Below are positions 26,201-37,976 of a DNA stretch of 64,000 bases, piece after piece (positions within the stretch are counted from its first letter, which is position 1; every line of letters starts with the position of its first letter). The notes under the pieces are model-generated. The model did no database searches and was not told the DNA's origin. It saw nothing but the letters and a program-made list of their open reading frames with translations. A program made the translations under genes and the position numbers. This DNA is from Halocafeteria seosinensis (Eukaryota): assembly GCA_001687465.1 (NCBI GenBank), contig LVLI01000217.1:1-64000 (forward strand), given 5' to 3'.

Positions 26201-29200
26201 ATGATGCGCGCAGTGACTAGAAGGTAAGCTATTGCACCTTTCTCGCTGGTTTGGCTGGGTTGAGTGAGTTGGTACAGAGGAGAGAGTGGGGTGGCTTCCT
26301 GGGCGAAATCGGAACACTCCTTGCCGTCCTCCCACTGACACCGTCACCAGAAGCGCAGAACAGGCTCTCCTCTCGCAGCTGATACACGTATTTTTCCCGT
26401 TTATGAGACACGTAGAGGCATGGTACAATGGGGTTCAAATGGCTATGGACCTCCGGAAACGAAGGGAAACCACGGCGCTCAGGGGTAGCACGGGTGTTCT
26501 TGTGTGAGAAAGTTGTTCTGATCAAGACCTTTTACGTACGAATTAAGGCTTGCCTGGCCTGCATTCACATACGCCTACTGTGGTAATCATATTGGCCTTT
26601 AGTGAATGGATGTTGACTGTGTATATTATGGTTGAACAGATTAACGGGGAACGTGTCGCCGTTGTTCCGCCGTTCATTTGGACCTGCTGGATGTCCTGCT
26701 CAATTTCATGCCTCCGCTATAAATGACGATAAGATCTTAATAAGTGACCCTGCCGATCCTATATGTGCCGAAACACTGAAGAAAGGTGGGCATGAGGTCA
26801 CTGAGCTGGGAAAGTCGACGATTTCAGAAGATGAGCTCGCACAGATGATTGGAGAATACGACGGACTTGTTGTGAGGAGGTAGGCCATCTCACCTTGACC
26901 TTTATGCATGGAATTTGAAGTCAATTTCACGTTTAATTTTCTGCAGTGGTACCAAAGTAACTAAGAAAATTATTGACGCGGGGGAAAAGTTGAAACTAAT
27001 TGGCCGCGCCGGAACTGGAGTGGACAACATTTCTATCCCTGACGCCACAAGGAAAGGTATCCTGGTAATGAACACTCCAGGTGGAAATACTAACAGTGCT
27101 GCAGAGTTAACAATGTGCCATCTTATGGCCCTGTCGAGACACATTCCGCAAGCATGCAGCTCATTGAAAGAAGGCCGTTGGGATCGAAAACATTACACTG
27201 GTAACGAATTGCACGGCAAAAAGATTGGTATCATCGGTTTGGGCCGCATTGGCCGTCAGGTTGCTGAGTGGTGCAGTGCGCTTGGCATGCATGTGATCGG
27301 CTACGACCCCTTGATGTCTAGAGAAGCTGCCGAGAAAGCAGGAATTGAAGCTGTTAGCCTTAACGAGCTGTACAGGAATTCTGATTTCATTAGTATGCAC
27401 GTTCCCAAAAACCGAGAGACCACCGATCTAATTGGAGAAAAAGCATTGAACGAATGCAAACAAGGTGTTCGCATTATTAACTGCTCTCGAGGGGGAATTA
27501 TAAATGAACAGGCGCTCCTCAAGGCTTTGGAAAGTGGAAAAGTTGCTGGAGCTGGATTAGATGTCTATGAGTCGGAACCGCCGCCTGAATCTTCCAAGGC
27601 TTTATTGGAGCACCCCAATGTAATTTGCACCCCGCATCTTGGAGCTAGTACAAATGAAGCTCAGATAAACGTGGCACGGGATATCGCTACTCAGTTCGTT
27701 GATGCTCTTGCTCAGCGCCGCTTTGTTGGTGTAGTCAATGCCCCCGCAAGGATGGATTTGGCTTCCCGGAGCGACTTGCTTCCGTACATTAGTGTAGCGG
27801 AGCGGCTGGGATCCTTACAAGCTCAGTTCCGGGACATTGGCCAGGTTTCTGTGAAGAAGATAGAATTGGTGCTACGTGGTGAGAAGGTGGCAGACACTGC
27901 TGTCGCTGACGTCATGAAGACCGCCGCCCTGAAGGGATTGCTCAGCCAGATTGTAACAGAAGGAAGTGTGAATATGGTGAACACACCCATGTACGCCGAG
28001 CAACTTGGAATCGATGTTCAAGTAAAGACGGAAGGAAAAGCAGGCAACTACAACAACTTGATTACAGTAAATCTTTTCACTGAAGATGACTCCGGCTCCA
28101 AGGCCGAGGACAAACAATACTCCATGTCCGCTACCGTCTTCTCGCCGCAAGAGTCTCGCCTCGTCCAAATCGACGACTACAAGGTTGACATTGACCCAAT
28201 CGGAGATATGTTGTTTTTCCGCAACAAGGATCAACCTGGGGTGCTTCAAAAGATCACCAATGTCCTTTCCCAAGACGGTGTCAACATTGCTAACTTCGGT
28301 CTTGGACGTCATGGTGGCGGTGGAATGGCGCTCGGTGTGCTGTCTCTTGACAGTGAGATCCCGGCTGCAACATTGAAGAAAGTGAACGAGTTGGACAACG
28401 TAATGCATGCTTGGCAGGTTAATCTTCCATCTACAAGCAGGATGCGTGTCGCTGAAAAAGGAGAGAGTGATGGAGTGCCTTCTGCAGTACACGCTGGACT
28501 GGCTCGTAAACCTGCTGTGCGTCCAGCCTCTCCTTGCTTTGGATCAGGACCCACCAAGAAACGACCGGGTTGGAAGGTATCTAATTTATCGAATGCACCA
28601 GTAGGCCGTAGCCACCGCAGCAAAGATGGAAAAGGACGTCTTCGTTACGCCATCGATTTCACTCATGACGTTCTGCAACTCCCCGAAGATTATAGAATTG
28701 GCATTGTTCCCGCTTCTGACACGGGAGCATTTGAAATGGCAATGTGGTCTATGCTAGGTGAGAGGCCTGTAGATGTGGCCCATTGGGAGAGCTTTGGAAG
28801 CGGCTGGTACGACGATGCTGTTAAGGAGCTGCAGTTAGAAAACGTCCGTGAATTCAAAGCAGACTATGGATACCTTCCCAACATGAACGAAATCAATTCT
28901 GATCATGATGTGCTTTTCCCTTGGAACGGAACCACCAGTGGTGTTTGCGTACCCAATGCCGATTTCATCAAGGAAGACAGAAAGGGTCTGACCTTCTGTG
29001 ACGCTACTAGCGCTGTTTTCGCCCAGAACGTTGAACTAGAAAAGTGTGACGTGATGACTTACAGTTGGCAGAAAGCTCTCGGCGGAGAGGGCGCCCATGG
29101 TATGCTGATGCTTTCTCCCCGAGCTGTGGAGCGATTAGAAAGTTTTACGCCTCCCCGGCCTATGCCGAAGATCTTTAGAATGACAAAGAAGGGCAAGCTT

Positions 29201-29626
29201 AATGAGGATCTCTTCCAAGGCTCCACGATCAACACACCGTCGTTGCTATGTGTTGAAGACTATATCGATGCACTTACCTGGGCTAGCCAGCAAGGTGGAT
29301 TACAAGCATTGATCAACAAGGCAAACGATAACTAGGCTACAGTTGAACGCTTCGTCGAGGACAACAACTGGATCCATTTCTTGCCTGAGGATCCCTCGGT
29401 TCGCAGCAATACATCTGTCTGCCTTACGGTGGACCTTGAGGAGTCGAAGGTTAAGAAAATGGTATCCTTGCTGGAAAAAGAAGGTGTTGCTTACGACATC
29501 GGCGCTTACAGAGATGCACCTGCAGGTCTGAGAATCTGGTGTGGTTCGACAGTTGAGAAGTCTGATTTAGAGGCTCTAATGCCGTGGATTAAGTGGGCTT
29601 ACATGGTCTGCGCCAATGGCGAATAG
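26201..29626 (+). CDS. serA-serC: Fusion of D-3-phosphoglycerate dehydrogenase (ASB+ACT) and Methanosarcina/alphaproteobacterial-type phosphoserine aminotransferase; in-frame TAG at 29333-29335
   Basis: Exons 26201-26223, 26640-26879, 26947-29626 (980 codons plus stop). PGDH motifs [27 protein letters not shown] motifs [40 protein letters not shown]; after the TAG, RSNTSVC and [13 protein letters not shown]. Confidence 0.95.
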
Positions 29627-30031
29627 ATTAGCGATTTCTTTTTCTAAAGTCTTAATCCGTTCTTTTGAAGGAGGATTAGGAAGAATGTGTTACTAATAGC
29701 TTGGTTTTTATATTATTGGCATGTATTTTTGCACGGTTCATCGTACATGTTGGTTCCATTCACTTGGGCTGTGATGTGAAATCAATCAACAACTCGAACA
29801 CCGTGTATCTTCCCTATCAGTATTGACCTTTCGCACCTGGCCATCCACCAGACATCACTGTCCCGGATAATGCATTTCATTATGGAACGCGCTCATGTTC
29901 GGAAGTTTGTTGGAACTTCGGCGCATTTTGTGAAGCCTGTTGTCATGCCGTGATGGGAGGTCTAAGATTTTCAGTGAATAGGGTTGATTGCTCATTGATG
30001 GTTTCCTTTCGTCCCTTTCTGTCGGAGTATC

Positions 30032-30470
30032 ATGTTTAATGGAGCTGTTATGTTCGTGAGGGACTTGCAAAAGTCTCTCAAGTTCTATCAAGTGCTGGGT
30101 ATCATACCCTCCATGGTAGCTGAAAATACATTCGCCCGGTTCGGTATGTACCCTATAAGCATACATCATACATATGTCTACTCTTCATCGTCACGTGTGT
30201 ATTTTTCTTATTACAGATAGCGATGGAAGTGCACACCTTATCCTGAAACAAGTGGATTCCTGCGCGGTGACCACCGCAGGATATAGTCCCTTTATGACGT
30301 TTCAGGTACAAGACCTGCCCATGGTTGTTTCCGAAGCGGTGCAACAAGGTGCTGAAATGGATGGCCCCATTCAATTTTTGGAGGACAAAAATACGGCTAC
30401 TCTGCGTTCCCCGGATGGGCATATGATTTCGCTCATCGAGGACAACGTCAACCATTCCCGGAGCTCATAA
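30032..30470 (+). CDS. VOC/glyoxalase-like protein
   Basis: MFVRDLQKSLKFYQVLG, FQVQDL, ATLRSPDGHMISLIE; intron about 30144-30216. Confidence 0.82.
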
Positions 30471-30529
30471 TGGCTCAGGACGACGTCCGTCTTTCTCTCG
30501 GACTCAAGTTCGAAATACTCTCCTGATGT

Positions 30530-32412
30530 TTAATAGTGGGAGTTAGCCTCATAGGAAGAATACGCGTCGGATTGCTCCTGCTCCTCGTAGTCTTCCCCCA
30601 TATTGCTGTCTTCCTGCTGGTAGTCCTCGTTCTGTTCGTGGCTAAACGTGTACTCATTCGAGCTATCTGCGGTACTGTTATTATATCCATGACTACGCTG
30701 CTGATACTCATACGGAGTTTGGGCAGTAGCATTTGATGGGGCCGTCTGGTATGGATGGCGAGGCATGGGTGGTTGACTTGCGCCAACGGGCACATTTTGG
30801 AATTGCGTTGCGTGTCGACTAGCCAATTCACTTTCCGTGTAAGTAATTCGATCTATGTATTCGACTCCGTACGTCATCCTCATTGATTGTCGAAGCTTCG
30901 CATCTGATCGTAGACAGTGTTGCAGCATGCCTAGAAGCCGGTGCTTCTCCGCTTTCTCGGCCTCCTCTCGCATTTGTATTTCCTGGATCATGGCTATGGC
31001 CGTAGCTAGCTGCTCTCGGTAATACACTTCGTTTGAGGATTGCGGAAACTCCACAGTACTTGGTGCTCCATTGGAAGAAGTCATTGGGTAAGAAGTAGCC
31101 ATGGTTCGTGGAGGCTGAGAGGATCCGTTTTGTGCCTGCAAATAATAGGAGAATTAAGCGTTTCTAGCTTGTAAGTAAAAGTTGTGGATCCATCCTTACC
31201 TGTAAGGAGTATTCAGACCACGTTGATTCTGAGCCACCCCGTGAATACGAAGCGGAAGAGCCACGTGCTTCGTTCCCGTGTTGCTCATTTCTTCTTCTGC
31301 GCTCTTTTATAGCCCCGTAAGCATGTGAGCGGCGTTTTAGCGAGGCCAGCGTATCGTCGTCGACTCCACGGCGTAAAACGGGATGCGAAAAGCTGATTAC
31401 GTTATCTCCTTCAGCGCTTGGCCTCTCCTTAATCTTGCGGAATCCATACCTGTAGAAGACACGGCGCTATCAAGTAGCACGCCACACCGACCGTACTGGC
31501 TGAACACTTACATATGAAGCTGCCTCAGAAAGCTTGCCCATTTGCAATGGTTGAAGTAGCGAGGGAAAACAACATTCGTTAGTGAATCAATCTGAATCAT
31601 CAAAAACATAAACGTCTGAAATTCTCTCCGTGTTATTCGCTAAGCTTTTTACCTATACTTACATCCTTCACGATAAGGACGTCACCTGAATCGCTCCATT
31701 GAATGTAGTCTTTGTACGCCCCGCAATCGACGATTTCCATAACCTTGACTAGGAAAGGTGCAACAGGAGTCTTGGCTGAGGAACGGCCGCCGCGGATAGA
31801 ATCTATCTTGGTGAAGTCATGTCTATCTCGTGGAAACGTTGAGGATGCAGAAGTCAAGGGTTCGGGCACTTCCATTGGTATCGGGGAGTACTGTGCATCC
31901 CCGTAGCCAGTGACCTAAGGTAAACCATATACGTTGTAAAAGTAAATTTCAAGTAGAATCGGAGAATAAAACTACGTTTCATGGCCCCCCTATCCTGTTA
32001 TCCTGTTCAACTCAGAGGAGCGGAATATCCCGACTGGGGGAAAGTTGCACTCATATTGAGGTCAAGGATGCCTCATTCTTTACTAAAAATACATCAGCCG
32101 TACTCTTACATATACCCTTCACGCGATGGTCCCAAATATGGCGTCGAAATGGGAAAATAACGCCGTTAGGAGCACTTGCTGGAATAACCTACCTCCGCTC
32201 CACCGGGGGGGGAGGGCCATGCTGCTCACTACACGCACGAGGGGGATTACACGTACCTTGTTTCCATTCTGCAGCGAATTTCCCGGTGGCGAATGGCCAT
32301 CAAAGAAGGGAGTTGCCATAGGGGCCTTCTTATTCGAGAGGGAAAAGGCCGTAATGTCTTCCATGGGGCCTGAAAGGTTGGAGGAGTATTGTTGAAGCCC
32401 TGGCTGAGACAT
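30530..32412 (-). CDS. Heat-shock-factor-type transcription factor
   Basis: PFLVKVMEIV..IQWS..G..L.V, FPRYFNHCKWASFLRQLH|YGFRK..FSHP..RG, then a coiled coil; first exon 32257-32412 joined in phase by intron 31915-32256. Confidence 0.9.
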
Positions 32413-33589
32413 CTCGTGTCGTAATGCTCAGTAGATACTCTTCTTCCTGGGTCCTAGCTGGAAGGCAACCAATATGAGTCTTTGTAGATGGTATCCACCG
32501 CAAAAGAGAGCCGGAATCCTTGCAGGAAAGAGGTGCAAAACCAGTTTGGAGGGGCAGCAACCTCTCTCTCGCCGCTACGTATTATCCGTACAGTATCAGC
32601 GTATTCGCTTCCAGAGCCATGGATGGGGGGGAACAAAAGAAGCAATACTTTCTTCCTTCGTACTCGCTGGAGTCTGAATCACCAACAATGCGTTCAATTC
32701 TTCGTTCTAAGCCCTCCTCGAACGACTTCGGGAAATTGCGGAGGACCGTTGGAAACTAAAGTGCTGTTGATCAATAGCACGTTTTCCCAGCTAGATCGAA
32801 CACAGACCAAGACCCCCCTCGACGGATACAGACTGTGCGTGTGTGTTGCAACGGTAAGCAGGGATAAAGAGAGCTCGACTGGGACTGGAGTCCTTCGTTT
32901 TGGTGGGCAGGGCGGAGTTGCGAATCTTCGAATTCGAAACTAATTGGTCCCCCGATGTACAATGCAGGTCCTCATGTTGGATAATGGATACTGGATAGAA
33001 GGGAAAGATAGAACAGTAGAGTCATGGCCCGGGTGTGTTTATTGTTGGGGATGATGACGCCCCCTCGTGGACCGAAAGTCAGTTGTAGGAAGAAACCATC
33101 CAAATAACTGACTCGTCCGGGGAAGCAAGGCTCATGATGAGCAGTCTGCAGAGCGCTCGTCTAATGTTACGCGAAAGAATGCCTAGCGGGACTTCTTCGT
33201 TTGAGGAACAAGATTCTTGACTCCCAGTTGCTCGCAGACGTACAAGTATTTTACGTGGGCAAGTGTGAAACATTGGTGTATGCCGTCCTGGTGGTCATAA
33301 GTTCCTTTGTTGTCCAGGTCAAAGTAGCATATCTCAATGTACATGTGATAATTGCGATTTTCCTACGAGTTCGGTTCGTCTAACTTGGGCTATTTCTGTC
33401 AAATTGAGAGTTGAATTCCACTTTGGTTGGAGCTCAAGCTTGCTTACCAACAGATTCTTCGAAGAGCTGAATTGTGATAACTCTCCATTTCCGTGCACAA
33501 ATTGCAGCACAATAGGTGCTCTCGTCCTTGTTTTTTTAAGGCTTGAGAGCAAGCATTCTCACGCTCTTTGTATCCTTCCTTGCCTTGCC

Positions 33590-34571
33590 ATGGACTTTGA
33601 AGATGTAGGGAAACAATGCGCTCTGGAATCATGCACACAGCATGGTAGGCCCATACATATCATGCATACGTATATGAAAGACTGAATTCGCATGCATGAT
33701 TGTGCAGATTTCATGCCTATCCAATGCGAATACTGCAAACAGTTCTTTTGTGAAAATCACTATACGCTCGATGGACATCAATGCGCTTCCGTACCAGAAT
33801 TTGACCTATCTCAACGTGAGAAAGATGAAATTAATGCTCGAGTCTTTCAACGGGCCATGGACGCTATTCAGCGTTCCAGGGAAGAATCCGAAAAGTTGGA
33901 TTCCTCGGTGGCGTCAACACCGAGCGAGTTCCAACGAGGTACCAGGGCCCCTCAAGGATGTAAGAGAGCATCCGAAATTTTACGAGCAGCACGGGAAAGG
34001 GAGGCGAAAAAGTTCGGTTCCTCAGAGGCAGACACTACTGGGTCATCTATAGCGAACGCGAGCTCAAAAGAAGTCTCGGAGCGGCAATCCAATGAGAAGC
34101 CAATGACCGAAGCCGCGAAGAAACGAAAACAGAAGGTTGCAGTGATGAAAATCAAAACGAAGGCATATGCTCCGAAGCATATTGCAGAAAGTGACCGAGT
34201 ATATTTTGGATTGAAACTTGATGAATCTACTGGTCTTAACAGTGCAAATAGTACGCCAGGTTACGACCCGAAACTGCAACAGGTAAACATTTGCCTCTCC
34301 AGAGCATGGCAGATAGGAAAAGCCATAGACTACGTTAGTGAAAAGACAGGGGTGGAAAATGTCAATAACTCAACTACAGATAAGGTAAGTAGGTTCTACG
34401 ACAATAATACCATTAATCTTTGTCCGTTTAACTGTGGCATTGCAGTCGAGATTGCTGAGCCTTGTAAAATGGGAAAGCGGAGCGGTGCTCGAAGTAAACC
34501 CGACAATCCGTGAACTCCTGGACAAAAACGAAATATTTGAGGGCGACACATTATGTCTAAAACGGGGATAA
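33590..34571 (+). CDS. AN1-type zinc finger protein with C-terminal ubiquitin-like domain (ZFAND1-like)
   Basis: GKQCALESCTQH|DFMPIQCEYCKQFFCENH..GHQC; MKIK.KA..I...DRVYF; W.IGKAID. Confidence 0.85.
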
Positions 34572-34600
34572 TCTTGCACGCGCAAGTAGACTAGCTATCA

Positions 34601-37585
34601 TCACACAAGCTGTGGAGACTTCTTAGGGGCCCCAGCTCCGAGCGACTGAGGCTTCCGGTGGGCACCACCGCGCCCTCGTCCGCGACCTCTACCATTTCGA
34701 TGATCACGCCTCACGGAGCTTTCATCCGTTATAGTAGAAGAATCAGTACTTGGAGGTCGCTTGCTGGTATGCGAACCGTTTGCGCTTTGACGTTGGTTCC
34801 TGTACTCCTCGCCGCTATACTTTGGGTGCTCACTGTATGATGATCGACGTCGCGGAGCTTTGTCTCCACCGTTTGCATCATGCGGCTGGCCCAGGACGTC
34901 TTCAGACAGGCCCCGATGGCGGTTAGGATATTTTGGTTGCTGTTTCTTCTCAGGAGACTTGTCCTTTCGAGGATTATGTTCGTAGTTCTCGTGAAATACC
35001 TTAGCCGATTGTCTCTTATTATCGTCCGCTGCCGGCATTGCACCGTTTGATTCGGTTGTACCATGCCTGTCGGCCTCAGTCACCTCCAAACGTTTGGGCT
35101 TAGTTGTTGCTCCAGAATGGCTCGACTGCTGGTCGTTTTCACACCGCTCGATTAGAAATCGATCTTCCTCTGAAATGACGCCATTAGCTGTGGAAGCAGA
35201 GTTCATTTCATTAATTTTTCCGGTTTCGCTTTCTTTTTCCTTCTCTCGTGCAACAGATACAAGCTTCTCGATATCTTCTTGATGTTTTTGCTCTCTCATC
35301 TTTTCCTCCTGCTCTTTCCTTTCCTTTTGCCTTTTCTTCTTCTCTTTTTTCTTGCTTTCTTTTGATTGCTTGGGCACCACCGACTTTTTCTTGCTCTGCA
35401 GAGCCTGTTCGACTTCTTCATTGTCAACTTGATCCAAGAATTGTTCGGTATCGCTCAAGACCGAACTCGAGCGACGGCGCTTTTCATCGGCGATTATGTA
35501 TCTTGTCCTATGACGATCAACTCGTTCTGAGCTGTATCCTACAAAGCCGTTACTATTTCCACAAGGCGCCGGGAGATTCATCTCTGCATCGTTTCTCTCG
35601 GAAGAATGGAGGCAGCAGGAGCAAATTTGGAAATGACATCCCACTCCATCTCGAGCACATGGACAGTCGTCTCCACAGGTGGGTTCGTTTTTGGTTGCAT
35701 CCAGAAGCCGTTGCAGTAATTGCTTTTGACTCCCTTCACTTGATAGCTGCAAAAAGAGCATGGTAGTGAGTGAGCGTTGCTAGAGTAAGCGAAATATATC
35801 CAACTTACATTACGTGACGCGAGCTCCGTTTGCAAATGTAGTCTGTTATAGTTCTTTGCCTTACTAGAGATATGACGGCAATTGCAGCCACTCGCATCCC
35901 TGGCTGAGCGAATAGAGGCCAGTTCATCCGTTTCTTTCGAGTTGTGCTCATCGAGTCGAGAATTCATCTGCACGAAGTCCTCTCTGGAAGCATCCATGTC
36001 GGCCCCAGGGGCATCCACAGAACAATATACTCCCGACTGTATAGCAGTAGCTCGAGACGGCTCAACGAGACGATCAAACAGGGGATTTGAGTGCTTTCTA
36101 TGGGAAAACTGTCGACTCTCTCCTGTACAATAGCGGAGCAATTTCGGATCAATAGTTTGCCTGCGCTGCTCCAACAGCTTCTCTTTCTGGGATTCAAACT
36201 CATCTATTGCAATGGTACAGTCTACATCACGTTGTTTACTTTGAGAAGCAAAGACATCCACGAGTTCACTCGCATTGGGATCATCGGTGCTACGGACGAC
36301 TACCTCATTCGACAAACCTAGCGGCCAGCTACCTGAGCCGGGAACTCCTCCGGACCCACCAACGCAGCGGGCATACTCTCGTAGATGCACGTTTTGCCAT
36401 GACACGCGTTTCGCCGTTGAGGTTTGCCCCCCTTTAAGGCATGAACGGTTATTGCATATTCTCCCATAGTTAGACTGCTGCTGCATTCTGATCTCCTGTG
36501 ACTTGACATGATCTGCATGACTCGTAGCCGCTGCGGTACGCTGCGTGGTGGTTTCCTCGCCACTAAGTTCCTTCGTTGATGTCTCTTTTAATGTTTCTTC
36601 AGTCTGTCCTCCCTTTTTCTTTTTTTTCCTGTTGTTCTTCTTCCGCGTATTTTTCTTCTTGGATGACTGATCGCCACCAGCTGCAGATACCACGCTGCAA
36701 GAACCGGTGCTCATCGTTTCTTCGTCGTTCTCCTTCATGCCACTTTTCATCTTTTCATTTGCTTTCACCTCTCCGGAGACGACATCAGTTTCTATTTTTT
36801 GTTTTGAAACAGAAGCTCCTGATTCACTGCATGCTACGTCACTCTCGTTCGGCTCTGTCGTCTGTGACTGCAGTATCCTCTTCTTCAGTGATTCCCACGT
36901 CATCCAATCTTTGGGATACGTAGGCTTCAGATGCGAGGACAACACGAATTGAGATTTCTGTGTGTGCGTTGATATTGCAGCCATACCTCCCCTCTCAAAT
37001 CCTGTATCATATTGAAAGAAGCGTAAGAAGTACATCCTAGTCTTGGGTTCTACATGCCCTCTACGCACCTTGTATTTTGACTAGTTCATTCAACCCATTA
37101 TTGTGGCGTAGAATAGCATAATCGCCCACAGCAAGTATATCCCCATCTTTGGCTGTTATAGTTGCGTTCTCCTGTTGTGTAGCATTTTCGTTCATTTCCA
37201 GCCCGTGTGACATTCCTTCAAAGGTCAATAGCTCGTAGAATCTCGCCCAATAATAATCGAGGACCGGCGTGTCGATACAGAACAGCAGAAAGAGTATAAA
37301 CACCAGGGAAAGTAGTAAAATTAGGAGCCAGAAATGGTCCGTGTGGGCGTCGAAAGAGACTGTCTCGTACGATTCGTAAGTTCCTGTGGGAAAGGCAGCT
37401 GCTTCTTGGTACGTCGGGGCCGGCGATAGCTCAGGAAAGCGATGATTGCTTTCGGAGGAGTACTGATAGTAGTACTGATGGTGTGAAGAGGCGTCTTGAT
37501 TTCCTTGTTCCCCGACAAAGAGAGAGGTAAAAGGAGGATGATGATCTTGATGCGCCTGTTGTTGAAGATGGGGCTGGAAGGTCAT
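34601..37585 (-). CDS. CSRNP-like cysteine-rich protein with inserted SAP domain and N-terminal TM segment
   Basis: RVSWQNVHLREYAR.VGGSGGVP..G..PLGL, ELASIRSAR..SGCNC, CPCARDGVGC..CSC, CGNSNG; SAP-like LQTELASRN|LSSEGSQKQLLQRL; introns 35747-35808 and about 37002-37068. Confidence 0.72.
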
Positions 37586-37976
37586 GAAGACAACTTTATC
37601 ATATTGAACACAAACAATACCACACACAAAGGTTGTACAAGATAGTTACACATGGCGTGAAGCGTACAATTCTAGTGAGTGAACCATTACTGAATAAGCA
37701 GAATTCTTCTCTTGTTGAAGTTGGTCACACGGCCACGTATCCACCTTTAAGTGTTCGGCACCGTGTTCCCCTGGTGGACAGAACGAAGAGCTTCAAACAC
37801 ACCGATCACAACTTCATTTCACACTATTCCACATCCAAAGGGTTAGTACGGTTGATCGCAAACATTCCCGCTAATTACCACTGTAACCTATCGTGATGAT
37901 TCAGTCCTATAATATCAGGATTCTTAGGCAAAGTGCGTCCCGCCTTCCAATTATTTTTGATTTCCTCCTTGTTCAA

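Noticed and set aside
29321..29335. 15-nt GC-AG micro-intron (GCAAACGATAACTAG) that would remove the in-frame TAG
   Set aside because: All other introns here are about 50 nt or longer and GT-AG; removal would delete residues from a helix expected in SerC.
29333..29335. Genome-wide UAG reassignment or pyrrolysine
   Set aside because: ORFs of 1788 and 2391 codons contain no TAG, TAG terminates several genes at expected positions, and no Pyl machinery is known in eukaryotes.
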